A stretch of DNA of 44,592 nucleotides from a virus (Duplodnaviria; Caudoviricetes), in IMG/VR virus record IMGVR_UViG_3300044477_000003, positions 1 to 44,592 of that record, one strand, 5' to 3'. A model generated the notes under the pieces. It searched no databases, was not told the DNA's origin, and saw only the letters and a list, made by a program, of their open reading frames with translations. A program made the translations under genes and the position numbers. Within the stretch, counting starts at the first letter, position 1. Every line of letters starts with the position of its first letter. Below, piece by piece: positions 9,758 through 19,914 of this stretch.

Positions 9758-12431
9758 GTATAGATTTTCCATCAATGGTCATTCAGTAACGCCGTCCTAT
9801 AAGGATGGAATCACTAAAGACTATAAACTGGAACCTCAACAGAGATTCTACAGGGCCGACTTATCCGGGTCTTTGAAGTTTATGCGGGATGATTATGAAT
9901 GGATATTGGCCCAAGATTTTGAGGATGAACTCATATTGCTTATTGAGAAAAGTAACGATGGGGGTTTAACATGGAGCAATTACTACACAGGGGCCTTCTA
10001 TCAGACTGATTGTCAAGTGGACCAAGATACGAAAAAGATTGAAGTAAAAGTTGACACCAGAGACCAATATGTAAATGTATTGGCCGGGCTAGAAAATGAA
10101 TACAACCTCATTAAATTGTCTCCTGCTAAAACTGCTGTCACTATCCAGAAGAGACCTTTGATTCAACTCTATATTCCAGGGGACGAAGTTATAAGTTGTT
10201 TTCTGTCTGGTAACTATTGGGAACAAAGTGTGACGGAGGCAGTTACAGACACGGGGGTGTTGGTTAGTACCCACCATTTTGCTTTGGCCTCAACCCTTCA
10301 AAAAATGCTTATGTCTGGTAGTGCCATTGCAGATTTAACAGGGGACTTTGTAGGGGAGAATTCCGCAGCAATGTATGGGCCGAGTGCTACTTATAAAGTA
10401 CTGTTTGAAACCAATCAACATGTTTATATTGTAGGTAATTCGGAGGATTATGGAAAGACATCCGCTGATTATGGAAGTATTTGGAAAGACAGATCTAATA
10501 ACATGTGGATTCTTACAGGGGTTTCTACAACTCAACTTACATTCACTTCGTTTTTCCACGGTTCCGGAATGCTAAGCCCCGGGGAAGGATATGACTATTT
10601 GACTCACGTAAAAGGAGCAACTAACACCGGAACTGTTTCTTATGGGGTTGTTACAATACCTGAGTCAGGGGCAACTGTTGGGTTGTTCAGCCTAAGAAAA
10701 AGCTCAGATAACGTCATTCACTTCTTTTGTCCAACAAGTTATGAATCAAGACCAACAGGAACAATCTCTTTCAAACCATATCAGGGGACTGGTACTTTGT
10801 CCGGGTATCAGTATATAACTCCTGTATACATGCGTTATCTATTGGATGTAGAAAAGATATCTGGTTTGAACACATATCCTTTAGCTGCTACAGATATTGT
10901 GGATGACAATAGGAACTACAAAAGAGCTATCGGGTATGCAATTGACTGTGTGTCTATTTCCAACTACCTAAGTACCACCCCAACAGAATATGGGATAGCA
11001 GACAATGGAAAGTACTTTCAAATGCCTTACACTCTTTGGGGAGCTAAGTTTTATCCTGTGGCTCGAAGCACTTGGGGGTTGAGTTCTGTATGGTTTGCTT
11101 TTGAAACATTTGACTGGATTCTGGAGGAACAAGGCCGGAAGTCTTACACAATGAAAGACTCAACCTTAATCTCTGATGCTATCAAAGTTTTATTGAATGA
11201 AATCGACCCTACTATAACACACGATGGAACTTCTGAATATAGCCAATTTTTATACGGCACTACGAACCCTATAACTTACAATATGTTCAGATTGATGATT
11301 ACTCAAAAGTCGAATATATTGGCCGGAGAATATGACCAACCTGCACAAAAAGCCCCCATCACATTGAGTGCTATAATGGTGATGTTGAGGGATTGCTTCA
11401 AATGTTTCTGGTATATCGAAGACAACAAATTCAAAATCGAGCATATTTCTTGGTTCAAGAACGGGGGTACATATTCAGGGTCTCCTGCTATTTCCTATGA
11501 CCTTACAACTTTAATTCAGAGAAAGAATGGAAAGCCTTGGGGGTTCCTTTCCAGCAACTACAGCTATGATAAAGTGGACATGGCCGAAAGGTATGAGTTC
11601 GCTTGGATGGACGATGTGACTGAGGGATTTGAGGGTTATCCTATTGAAATCAATTCAAAATATGTTCAGAGAGGTAAATTGGAAAACGTAAATATTTCTA
11701 CTTTTACTACTGACATTGACTATATGTTATTGAACCCAAGCGCAATCACTCATGATGGATTTGCATTGATGGCTGTTGTACCTACGCCTAATCTTTTCAA
11801 TAGAAATGATTACGATATTTCAGAGGGGTATTATTTGAACACTGGAACGGGAGGACTTATAGCTCATTCCAATTATGGCACAACTGGGTACATATCCGTA
11901 AAAGCAAACACAAACTATGCTTTAGGTCCTTGGGAATTCATGGTTTGGTATGACTCTAATAAGACCAGGATTTCAGGAACCAACATAGCAGTCACACCAA
12001 GTTATGTTCATAAGTCTCCAGCCAATGCTGCTTATGTTAGATATTCCCTTTCTGGAATAAGTACATGGAAAGACAAATTTAAAATAGTAGAAGGCACGGA
12101 CCTTAATGCTTGGGTGCTTCCATATATCCAGAGGGATATTGATGGGGCAGAACTTAGGCTTCAGAATGGAATTCTAAGTTGGATATACCTGCACCCAAAT
12201 TATTGGGTTTGGGACTTACCAGCAAGGAACGTAACTATAAATAAAGACTCTTATACTTGGGTCCAAGGTATTGAACGGAAAAAGAAACAAAAAATATCTT
12301 TCCCTTCAATAGACGACCCGAATCCTCTTCAGATAATAAAAACACCCATGGGGGACGGACAGATTGAAAAATTATCTATAAATTTGCAGAGTAGAATGAA
12401 TGACATTGAATTGAAGTATGACACCGAATAA
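9747..12431 (+). CDS. Tail tip / baseplate hub protein
   Basis: 894 aa, beta-rich, immediately after tape measure. Confidence 0.65.
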   Translation: MLIKYRFSINGHSVTPSYKDGITKDYKLEPQQRFYRADLSGSLKFMRDDYEWILAQDFEDELILLIEKSNDGGLTWSNYYTGAFYQTDCQVDQDTKKIEVKVDTRDQYVNVLAGLENEYNLIKLSPAKTAVTIQKRPLIQLYIPGDEVISCFLSGNYWEQSVTEAVTDTGVLVSTHHFALASTLQKMLMSGSAIADLTGDFVGENSAAMYGPSATYKVLFETNQHVYIVGNSEDYGKTSADYGSIWKDRSNNMWILTGVSTTQLTFTSFFHGSGMLSPGEGYDYLTHVKGATNTGTVSYGVVTIPESGATVGLFSLRKSSDNVIHFFCPTSYESRPTGTISFKPYQGTGTLSGYQYITPVYMRYLLDVEKISGLNTYPLAATDIVDDNRNYKRAIGYAIDCVSISNYLSTTPTEYGIADNGKYFQMPYTLWGAKFYPVARSTWGLSSVWFAFETFDWILEEQGRKSYTMKDSTLISDAIKVLLNEIDPTITHDGTSEYSQFLYGTTNPITYNMFRLMITQKSNILAGEYDQPAQKAPITLSAIMVMLRDCFKCFWYIEDNKFKIEHISWFKNGGTYSGSPAISYDLTTLIQRKNGKPWGFLSSNYSYDKVDMAERYEFAWMDDVTEGFEGYPIEINSKYVQRGKLENVNISTFTTDIDYMLLNPSAITHDGFALMAVVPTPNLFNRNDYDISEGYYLNTGTGGLIAHSNYGTTGYISVKANTNYALGPWEFMVWYDSNKTRISGTNIAVTPSYVHKSPANAAYVRYSLSGISTWKDKFKIVEGTDLNAWVLPYIQRDIDGAELRLQNGILSWIYLHPNYWVWDLPARNVTINKDSYTWVQGIERKKKQKISFPSIDDPNPLQIIKTPMGDGQIEKLSINLQSRMNDIELKYDTE

Positions 12432-13287
12432 CAATCTATCTATATTGCCATTTTACTCGAGTCTATCCAAACTGAACCATAGGAAAGACTACGCATTCGG
12501 AGAGGTCTTTCCTCTGATAACTCCGGATAGAATGATATTGCCTTTTCAATTCAGTAGACCTCATGTAGCAGACGTAAACTTTGCAATAGCCATTGATAAA
12601 TTAGACGGGTCTTTCCACCAGGAAGTAACAACATATTTGAAAGACGGGGGTATGCAAATAAAGCAGTTCCCTTCATTGGGTTATGACTTAATCATAAACC
12701 CTGGAGCACTTCCAATCCCTGTTGATATTCCAGAGGGTCAATATGTTTGTCACTACGTTGATTGGAATGGCCCGAATATAAACAATGACTTATACAGTGA
12801 AGTGTTTACGATGGTCCGTAATGTGGATGACTATTTGAGCATAGAGTATAAGGACGTAGATGACTTATATTATACTGATGGGCACTTAGATTTTTCAAGT
12901 GGATTCGCTTTTAAGATATATCTCCCAACTCAAGTAGGCCGACCTGATTATGAATTTGATGAGCAGGTGGATAAAAGAGACGGGTATCAATTCATTGAAA
13001 AACAAATAAGTGAAAAGACTTATAAGTTTAACTTTGTAGCTCCTGAATTTTTACTCGATGCTCTCCGGGTTGTAAGGATGATGGATGTGGTAACTATTAA
13101 AAGTAAAGGGGAGACTTATAAAGTTGACCAATTCCTTATGACCCCAAAATGGCAAGATGGAGGGTACTTAGCTGCTGTAGAGGTTGAATTTCAATGTGAC
13201 ACCATCATCAAAAAGATTGGACGAGGCTACACTAATCCAACTGCTGGAGACTTTAATAATGATTATAATAACGACTTTGACAAATAA
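12418..13287 (+). CDS. Minor tail (distal tail-like) protein
   Basis: Position; C-terminal GDFNNDYNNDF motif typical of Bacteroidota phage tail proteins. Confidence 0.6.
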   Translation: MTPNNNLSILPFYSSLSKLNHRKDYAFGEVFPLITPDRMILPFQFSRPHVADVNFAIAIDKLDGSFHQEVTTYLKDGGMQIKQFPSLGYDLIINPGALPIPVDIPEGQYVCHYVDWNGPNINNDLYSEVFTMVRNVDDYLSIEYKDVDDLYYTDGHLDFSSGFAFKIYLPTQVGRPDYEFDEQVDKRDGYQFIEKQISEKTYKFNFVAPEFLLDALRVVRMMDVVTIKSKGETYKVDQFLMTPKWQDGGYLAAVEVEFQCDTIIKKIGRGYTNPTAGDFNNDYNNDFDK

Positions 13288-13292
13288 GAATT

Positions 13293-15674
13293 ATGGCAAA
13301 CTGGTCAACACTGAAAGCATCTGTTGCTTCAATTATTAAAACGAATGGAAATCAAGAAATCACTGGTCAGTTATTGCAGAATGTTCTTGATTCAATAATT
13401 TCGAACGTAGGACAAAACTCATCCTTTAAAGGGTTTGCAGTTCCTGCCACAGCCCCTGGAACTCCGGACGGTCCTTGTTTTTATTTGGCTAATACCCCGG
13501 GACTTTATGCAAATTTCGGAGGGGTAGAAATAAAGAGAAATAGTTTGAACGTACTGAGTTACACAAATGGTTCATGGTCCAGGTTAAACGTCTTTTTCCC
13601 ATATTACTTTGGTACGTATTTTCTTCAGAACGAAGGAGAAACCAATGTGACTATAGCGGGCCGGACAATTTCAATCTCTGGAGTTCGTCGGTCAAACCAT
13701 GCAGGGTTCTGGGATGAAATGGACCAGAGCTATTCGTTTGATATGCCGGGTCAATATGACTACATCCTCGTAAGAAAGAACGGCCAAATAAATCCATCAG
13801 TTGGAAAACTAGAATTTTCAAAAGGAACCCATGACTATTTCTGGCAAGAATCTGACGACTCAGAATACGATGTGTTTATCTATTCGGATGGAGGTTTCTG
13901 GAAAAGTCAAATCCCTGAAGTTCAAAACTTGATTGATAAGTATTACAACCCTATCCATACAAAGACTATTACAGATTACCCCATGGGGGTTTTATTTAAT
14001 AGCTCCGGGGATTTTGGAACAATAATGAAAGCATTCTTTAATCATCAAACTGTTCAACGTGATGGCTATCTCAGTGAATTAAAAATACAAACTTTCTTCA
14101 CTGGAGAAATTTATTTACTTGTAATGCGAGAAGGAATCACAGAAGGTAAGTGGTTAACTGAAGTAAGTAGAACAAAATTAGGGGTCAATTATGGAACTAC
14201 TACTTTGGGGGGTTTACGAATTTCAGTAAAGTATGGAGATTACATTGCTATTGCTTCTACAGATGGACGTACAATAGCTGGGAAAGTAGAATCAACTGGG
14301 ATTGGTAGACACGAGACGGATGTGAATGCTGATTTCGATGACCCATTCTATGTCACTACTGAATCTGGACCTATGAATGATATTACTTTCCAATATTCAT
14401 TTAAGGTTCTATCACTGAAAACAATAGGTGCTGTAGATTATTTGAATGAAGATATTGTTCAGTATAGCGAATTCACAAACCCGAACTCTGCTTTTCAACA
14501 ACAAGGGTGGCTTACTCACGTAGACCCTATTACTTATAACGGAATTCTTCACAAGATAAGAATCCAAGTAAATGGAGCCGGTACCGTTACATTCGGGATT
14601 GGAATACTGGACCAATGGAACAAAGCCATAATTCGTGACACGCATGATGTTGTCTTGGCTTCAGGGATTAATGAAAAAGAGGTTGAGTTCCCTGTAAGAG
14701 CAAGAGACCGTTTGTTTGTAAGATTAAATGGTGATGGGGTTAACCCTGGAACTATTATGTATTTCCATTCCTTTGGTTCTGGGGTAGGTCCAAATTTCTT
14801 TTACTCTGACACTGTTGAACAACCACTTAATTATTTAGCAGGAGTGGAATCTTATGGGGGTGGAATACCTTTGACTTTTTGGGTTCGAAACAGAGAATCT
14901 ATTTTTGCTTTCAAAGAGGACTTAGAAGAAGTACGAGTTCAAGTTGAAACTTTAGAAAACGTTGTTAACGCTGGAGTTTTGAAAATTAAATCCCCCCTCG
15001 GGGCAGAATTCCAAATCATAGTTAATGAAGCCGGAGTTCTCTCTACTATTTCTTTAACCGTTCATAAATGGTTGGCTTTGGGTAACTCTATCACCCTTCA
15101 TGGAATTGCATCATTCTGGTGGGGCAATTGGGGTATGGCTGCCACAACCAGAGATAAGGATTGGGTTCACGTTCTCCAGACCAAACTGGCAACAAGATAT
15201 GGTGCGGCTCCTGCGTTTGAGGCTTACAATATTGCTGCTTGGGAGACTGCTCATAATACTTACGACAAAACTCAAATGGATGGGTATTTTGATGGAGACG
15301 AAGACTTAGTAGTTCTGAAGATTGGGGAGAACGTTTCATACGATGCGAACTACCAAAACAACTTTGACTTACTTATTAAGTACATAAGGTCTAAGGCCCC
15401 ACAAGCTAGAATCGTGGTATGTGGTTGTTTCTGGACTTCTTCAGAAAAGGACACCGCCCAGAAAAATGCAAGCGACGCAAACAGTTGTATATGGGTTAAG
15501 CTATCTCAATTGGATAACGCAGCAAACAAATCAACACTTGATACCCAAGTCTACGGGGATGACTTACAATGGCATACAATTTCTGATGGGGGGGCTATTG
15601 CTCCAGGGGTTGCAGCTCATCCAGGTGACTTAGGTATGACTAACATTGCAAACGCAATTTACGCAGTATTATAA
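13293..15674 (+). CDS. Tail fibre / receptor-binding protein with C-terminal SGNH hydrolase domain
   Basis: N-terminal IKTNGNQEITG anchor; SGNH blocks LGNSIT, IGEN, HPGDLG. Confidence 0.75.
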   Translation: MANWSTLKASVASIIKTNGNQEITGQLLQNVLDSIISNVGQNSSFKGFAVPATAPGTPDGPCFYLANTPGLYANFGGVEIKRNSLNVLSYTNGSWSRLNVFFPYYFGTYFLQNEGETNVTIAGRTISISGVRRSNHAGFWDEMDQSYSFDMPGQYDYILVRKNGQINPSVGKLEFSKGTHDYFWQESDDSEYDVFIYSDGGFWKSQIPEVQNLIDKYYNPIHTKTITDYPMGVLFNSSGDFGTIMKAFFNHQTVQRDGYLSELKIQTFFTGEIYLLVMREGITEGKWLTEVSRTKLGVNYGTTTLGGLRISVKYGDYIAIASTDGRTIAGKVESTGIGRHETDVNADFDDPFYVTTESGPMNDITFQYSFKVLSLKTIGAVDYLNEDIVQYSEFTNPNSAFQQQGWLTHVDPITYNGILHKIRIQVNGAGTVTFGIGILDQWNKAIIRDTHDVVLASGINEKEVEFPVRARDRLFVRLNGDGVNPGTIMYFHSFGSGVGPNFFYSDTVEQPLNYLAGVESYGGGIPLTFWVRNRESIFAFKEDLEEVRVQVETLENVVNAGVLKIKSPLGAEFQIIVNEAGVLSTISLTVHKWLALGNSITLHGIASFWWGNWGMAATTRDKDWVHVLQTKLATRYGAAPAFEAYNIAAWETAHNTYDKTQMDGYFDGDEDLVVLKIGENVSYDANYQNNFDLLIKYIRSKAPQARIVVCGCFWTSSEKDTAQKNASDANSCIWVKLSQLDNAANKSTLDTQVYGDDLQWHTISDGGAIAPGVAAHPGDLGMTNIANAIYAVL

Positions 15675-15694
15675 TTCTTAACTTAAAAACAAAA

Positions 15695-16216
15695 ATGGAG
15701 AAAATTATCGTAACACTTTGGATGACTTTTGGGATCTACATGATGGTCCTTTTAGCAATTTTAGCTGACCTCTGGAGCGGAGTTCGTAAAGCTAAAAAGA
15801 ACGGAATAGTTCGTTCGTCGTATGGGTTCAAAAGGACCATCGACAAAGTGGCTCGCTATTACAATGTAATGCTTGCCCTCACAGTAATCGACACCATGCA
15901 GATGGGGTCACTGTGGTACTTAGAAAAGTTCTACAATTACCATTGGCCAATATTCCCTATAGTGACTTTGGTAGGGGCAATAGGTATTTGCTTGATTGAA
16001 ATAAAGAGCATATATGAAAAGGCCGAGGATAAGGTTCGTATAGAAAATGTGGCTAATATGGCAGGGAAGATTATCACTAATAAGGATGATATTTCTGAGA
16101 TTGTAAAGGCCGTAGTTAATTATATGAACACCCCTGAATGTGCTAAGTTTGGGACTCCTAAATGTAATCCAGTTGTTGCAGATTGTAATTACCCAGAAAC
16201 TCCTTGTAAAGTATGA
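15695..16216 (+). CDS. Holin
   Basis: TM helices, DLWSGVRKAK...SYGFKRT...EIKSIYEK; precedes endolysin. Confidence 0.8.
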   Translation: MEKIIVTLWMTFGIYMMVLLAILADLWSGVRKAKKNGIVRSSYGFKRTIDKVARYYNVMLALTVIDTMQMGSLWYLEKFYNYHWPIFPIVTLVGAIGICLIEIKSIYEKAEDKVRIENVANMAGKIITNKDDISEIVKAVVNYMNTPECAKFGTPKCNPVVADCNYPETPCKV

Positions 16217-16788
16217 AACCAATATTTGTCTTAGATAATGGGCATGGGGTTGAAACCCCTGGAAAGCGAAGCCCAAAGTGGAAAGATGGAACTCAGCTAT
16301 TTGAATATGAGTTCAACAGAAATATAGTAAACAGGATTGCTAAAGGGTTATCCCTTTTAGCAATCGACTATAAGATATTGGTCCCTGAGACTATCGATAT
16401 TTCACTAAGTGAAAGAGTTCGTAGAGCGAATAAAATCCAGAATGGAATCTTGATAAGTGTTCATGCAAATGCCGGGGGAGGTTCAGGGTTCGAGATTTAT
16501 ACCAGCCCCGGAAAAACCCAATCGGATGACATTGCAACTATATTTTGTCAGGAGGCAGAAAAAGCTTTTCCTGAATTCAAAATGAGATTCGATAAGTCTG
16601 ATGGAGACCTGGACAAAGAAGCAGACTTCTATGTGTTGTCAAAATCAAATTGCCCTGCCATTCTGACAGAGAATTTGTTCATGGATAACGAACAGGATTG
16701 TAAGTTCCTGATGACTGAGAATGGTAGACAGAGGATTGCTGACTACCACATAAATTCTATCATTAAAATATGGAACAATTCCAAATAA
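16213..16788 (+). CDS. Endolysin, N-acetylmuramoyl-L-alanine amidase (Amidase_3)
   Basis: LDNGHG, E, SVHANA and ILTENLFMDN zinc-amidase motifs. Confidence 0.92.
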   Translation: MKPIFVLDNGHGVETPGKRSPKWKDGTQLFEYEFNRNIVNRIAKGLSLLAIDYKILVPETIDISLSERVRRANKIQNGILISVHANAGGGSGFEIYTSPGKTQSDDIATIFCQEAEKAFPEFKMRFDKSDGDLDKEADFYVLSKSNCPAILTENLFMDNEQDCKFLMTENGRQRIADYHINSIIKIWNNSK

Positions 16789-16810
16789 TATGTATGAACC
16801 AAAGAGGTTC

Positions 16811-16845
16811 AAAATAGGGGCCATTTTAGCCCCTATTTTTGTTTG
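16811..16845 (+). terminator. Rho-independent terminator
   Basis: AAAATAGGGGC / GCCCCTATTTT then TGTTTG. Confidence 0.75.
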
Positions 16846-16886
16846 ACCATATAAAGATATTCAATGATCAAAAATAATTAAGACAC

Positions 16887-17459
16887 ATGGATAAAATCAA
16901 TAGAAAATGGGTATTAATAGGGATTATATTAATTGCCCTAGGATTCTTGGCCGGAAGATGGACAATGAAACCAATAGAAAAAGTAGAGTATATTAAAAGC
17001 GGAACTGTTCATGATACAATCCCAAAACCAGTACCATATTTAGTAGAGGTTCCAAGCAAACCCATATTGCCGACTAAGACTAATACTATTAGAATTCCAG
17101 GCCAACCTGAGATAATAGTTCAAAAGGTTGACACTGCCCAAATAATTGCTGAGTTTATAAAAAAGAACAGTTATAAGGAAACCCTGTTCGACAATGATAC
17201 CCTCGGAACTATGACCGTTGACGCAGTGGTTCAATATAACCAGATGCAGTCTTTGGGGTATTCGTTCACCCCCATCCATAAGCAAATAACAATCGAACGG
17301 AAGAAAGTATTGACTCCATTCATATCTACCTCAGTAAACACCCTCGGAGTTTTTGGGATTGGAGGAGGAACCTATTGGAACAACATCGGATTAGAGTTGA
17401 AATACATGACAGACTTCCAGAAGAAAGGGTTCGAACTCGGGACTCACATCAAATTTTAG
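16887..17459 (+). CDS. Putative spanin-like lysis protein
   Basis: N-terminal TM, Pro/Val-rich linker, C-terminal amphipathic beta strands ending in Phe; follows endolysin. Confidence 0.5.
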   Translation: MDKINRKWVLIGIILIALGFLAGRWTMKPIEKVEYIKSGTVHDTIPKPVPYLVEVPSKPILPTKTNTIRIPGQPEIIVQKVDTAQIIAEFIKKNSYKETLFDNDTLGTMTVDAVVQYNQMQSLGYSFTPIHKQITIERKKVLTPFISTSVNTLGVFGIGGGTYWNNIGLELKYMTDFQKKGFELGTHIKF

Positions 17460-17732
17460 CCACAATAAGAAACAATGTAAACAATCCATTGTGTATCTCT
17501 GAATTCATTTGCCTGTAAGGGTTTAAGACCAGTTCACACAATGTAAACAATAACTACCCTAAAAGACCTAAATAAGTAAATAATGAGAAAAATAGGGGTA
17601 TAAGAATCGAGAAAACACGTATAAGGGTTAATAGGAAAAATTGTTTACATTGTTTCTCAGGGTAAAAAACCACTCATAAATAATTGATTTTGAAATGATT
17701 ATACCTGCCACAATGGATTGTGGCATTGTGTA
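17459..17732. repeat. Iterated palindromic non-coding element A (origin-like)
   Basis: ACAATGTAAACAA direct at ~17472 and ~17538, inverted at 17641; TGCCACAAT-GG-ATTGTGGCA at 17706-17725; homologous to 38579-38875. Confidence 0.75.
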
Positions 17733-17744
17733 CCAGAAAAATAG

Positions 17745-17797
17745 TTTCACTTTTCTCTGAAATAATTTTTTTATCTGGAACAAAAGCCATACATTTG
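17745..17797 (+). promoter_or_regulatory. Repeated phage promoter, copy 1
   Basis: TTTCACTTTTnnCTGAAAnnATTTTT..ATCTG...TACATTTG. Confidence 0.75.
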
Positions 17798-17823
17798 CAC
17801 CATACAATTCAATAATCAATAAA

Positions 17824-18231
17824 ATGATGAGGACAATTAAAGTAAAGGAAATAATCGAAACCCGGGGGTTGGACATCAAGGAGGTGGCCCGCCAACTCTT
17901 TCCCAAGAACAAGTACCCGGACTTGGCACTCAATAGAGTGATGAAAGGGAAAAACGTTCTTGATGCTGACCAAATCAGCAAGTTGGCACTAATGGCCGGG
18001 ATTCCGCTCTCTGAATTGTTCTCAGGTGAAGCATGGAAAGCTTTAAGTCGTAAAGGTGTACACGTATTTACGAACGGGGACTTCAGAGCAGAACTTGACT
18101 CAGAGACTTGGATGACTAAAGTCTTCCACAAAGACTCTATGTTTCATGAATCAATCATTCATTCAGGGTCTACACCTCTGAGCGAATACCTCAACCAACT
18201 GGATTTAATTATTAACAATTTTAAAAAGTAA
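17824..18231 (+). CDS. XRE/Cro-like HTH transcriptional regulator
   Basis: IKEVARQLF...LNRVMKG...QISKLA HTH pattern; first gene after the repeated promoter. Confidence 0.6.
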   Translation: MMRTIKVKEIIETRGLDIKEVARQLFPKNKYPDLALNRVMKGKNVLDADQISKLALMAGIPLSELFSGEAWKALSRKGVHVFTNGDFRAELDSETWMTKVFHKDSMFHESIIHSGSTPLSEYLNQLDLIINNFKK

Positions 18232-18236
18232 GACGT

Positions 18237-18635
18237 ATGAATCAAGTAGAAGTAAAGGTCATGATTAATGTTCAGGACCCGAATCAAATTCAGGCATTGA
18301 ATGCCTTATTTGCTACATTAGCAGGTGAACAAGTTCCACAGACCAAACAGGAACAAAAGCCTACTACCAAAGTGACTGAGAAACCAAAAGCGGAAAAGCC
18401 TAAGGAAGAACAAACCAAACAGGAAACCGCCACGACTCAGGAAACTGCTAAAGAAGAAAAGGACGAAGCCACTGAAATCAAAATCGAAGAAGTGAGAGCT
18501 TTACTTGCCAAGAAGGTAGAGAACAACAGGGCTGAAATCAAAACCAAACTTACTGCCTTGAATGCTCCAAACGTAACAGCCTTGGACAAATCAAAGTATG
18601 TTGAGTTCGTTGACTTCTTAAACGGTTTGAAATAA
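18237..18635 (+). CDS. Hypothetical protein (acidic linker, helical C-terminus) typical upstream of DUF2800 genes
   Basis: ORF track; coupled to the next gene. Confidence 0.7.
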   Translation: MNQVEVKVMINVQDPNQIQALNALFATLAGEQVPQTKQEQKPTTKVTEKPKAEKPKEEQTKQETATTQETAKEEKDEATEIKIEEVRALLAKKVENNRAEIKTKLTALNAPNVTALDKSKYVEFVDFLNGLK

Positions 18636-19828
18636 TGGCAGAACAAGTAGACCACTCAACCAGAAAGCACGCTTTGCTTTCTGCCTCTGGAGCTCATCGC
18701 TGGTTGCATTGCACACCGAGTGCCAGACTGGAGGAAAAATTTGAAGAATCCTCTCCCGCAACTTCTTCTGTTTATGCTGATGAAGGAACGTTGGCCCATG
18801 AGTTCGGAGACCTTAATTTGAAAAAAGCTGCCGGTCATATCCCTGACTCAGTCTTTGAAAAGGAAATAAAGGAACTTAAGAAACACCCCCTTTACTCTTC
18901 AGAGATGGAAGGTGAAGTTGACAAGTATGTTACTTATGTTCTGGAGGCTTTCAACGTGGCCAAACAGAAAACACCTGACGCAGTTCTTATGATTGAGGAA
19001 CGTCTAGACTTCTCCCATTTGGTTGAGCAAGGGTTTGGAACTGGTGACGCTGGTATTATTGCCGACGGAGTCCTTGAAATCATTGACTTGAAATATGGTA
19101 AGGGTATCAGAGTTGATGCTGAGGAAAATCCTCAATTGATGCTTTATGGTTCCGGGGCTCTCAGGTCATTCGAGTTAATGTATGACATCCATACAATTAA
19201 AGTTACTATTGTTCAACCAAGACTTGACCATATATCTTCTTGGGAAACACCTGTAAAGGATTTAATGGCATGGGGTGAGAAGACAGTTAAACCTGCAGCC
19301 GCCAAGGCTTATCTAGGTCAAGGACTTCAGAAAGCAGGGGACCATTGCAAATGGTGTAAAGTAAAAGGTATGTGTGCCACCTTGGCCGCAAAGAATATAG
19401 CTTTAGCTCGTCATGAGTTTAAGGACCCACACCTTTTGACTGATAAACAACTCATCGAGGTCTTTGCTCAAATCCCAATGTTACAGGATTGGGCGAACGC
19501 AGTAGGTGAGTATTTACTTGCAGAAGCTTTGAAAGGTAAGCAATGGCCCGGATATAAAATCGTTGAAGGTCGGAGCCTGAGAAAATGGGTTGATGAAGAA
19601 AAAGTCGTAGAGACTTTAGAATTGAATCATGACCCAAAAGAATTCATGGTTTCAAAACTTGCTGGAATACCTGCAATTGAAAAACTCCTTGGCAAGAAAG
19701 AGTTCCCTAAGGTCTTAGGGGAATTGGTCATCATACCTCCAGGCAAACCTGCATTGGTCCCAATGTCTGACAAACGCCCTGCTATGGGTATTGAACAGGC
19801 TAAACTGGATTTCAAAGATGAAATTTAG
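18635..19828 (+). CDS. Cas4-like PD-(D/E)xK exonuclease (DUF2800)
   Basis: HALLSASGAHRWLHC, GTLAHE, GTGD, IIDLKYG, QLMLY, CKWC..C. Confidence 0.88.
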   Translation: MAEQVDHSTRKHALLSASGAHRWLHCTPSARLEEKFEESSPATSSVYADEGTLAHEFGDLNLKKAAGHIPDSVFEKEIKELKKHPLYSSEMEGEVDKYVTYVLEAFNVAKQKTPDAVLMIEERLDFSHLVEQGFGTGDAGIIADGVLEIIDLKYGKGIRVDAEENPQLMLYGSGALRSFELMYDIHTIKVTIVQPRLDHISSWETPVKDLMAWGEKTVKPAAAKAYLGQGLQKAGDHCKWCKVKGMCATLAAKNIALARHEFKDPHLLTDKQLIEVFAQIPMLQDWANAVGEYLLAEALKGKQWPGYKIVEGRSLRKWVDEEKVVETLELNHDPKEFMVSKLAGIPAIEKLLGKKEFPKVLGELVIIPPGKPALVPMSDKRPAMGIEQAKLDFKDEI

Positions 19829-19881
19829 TTTCACTTTTCACTGAAATTATTTTTTTATCTGAAAAAGAATCCGTATATTTA
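19829..19881 (+). promoter_or_regulatory. Repeated phage promoter, copy 2
   Basis: Same 53-nt consensus, -7 box variant TATATTTA. Confidence 0.7.
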
Positions 19882-19914
19882 CGAAGTATTTTAAACAATT
19901 AAAAATTATCGAGT

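Noticed and set aside
9747-15674. Diversity-generating retroelement or invertible tail cassette
   Set aside because: No reverse transcriptase, recombinase or template/variable repeat pair noticed
17628-18131. 167-aa minus-strand ORF as a divergent repressor
   Set aside because: Antisense to the HTH gene, runs through the promoter and palindrome, and has no HTH features
17459-19828. CRISPR array next to the Cas4-like gene
   Set aside because: The ACAATGTAAACAA repeats are short, partly inverted and irregularly spaced; DUF2800 is a standard replication-module nuclease
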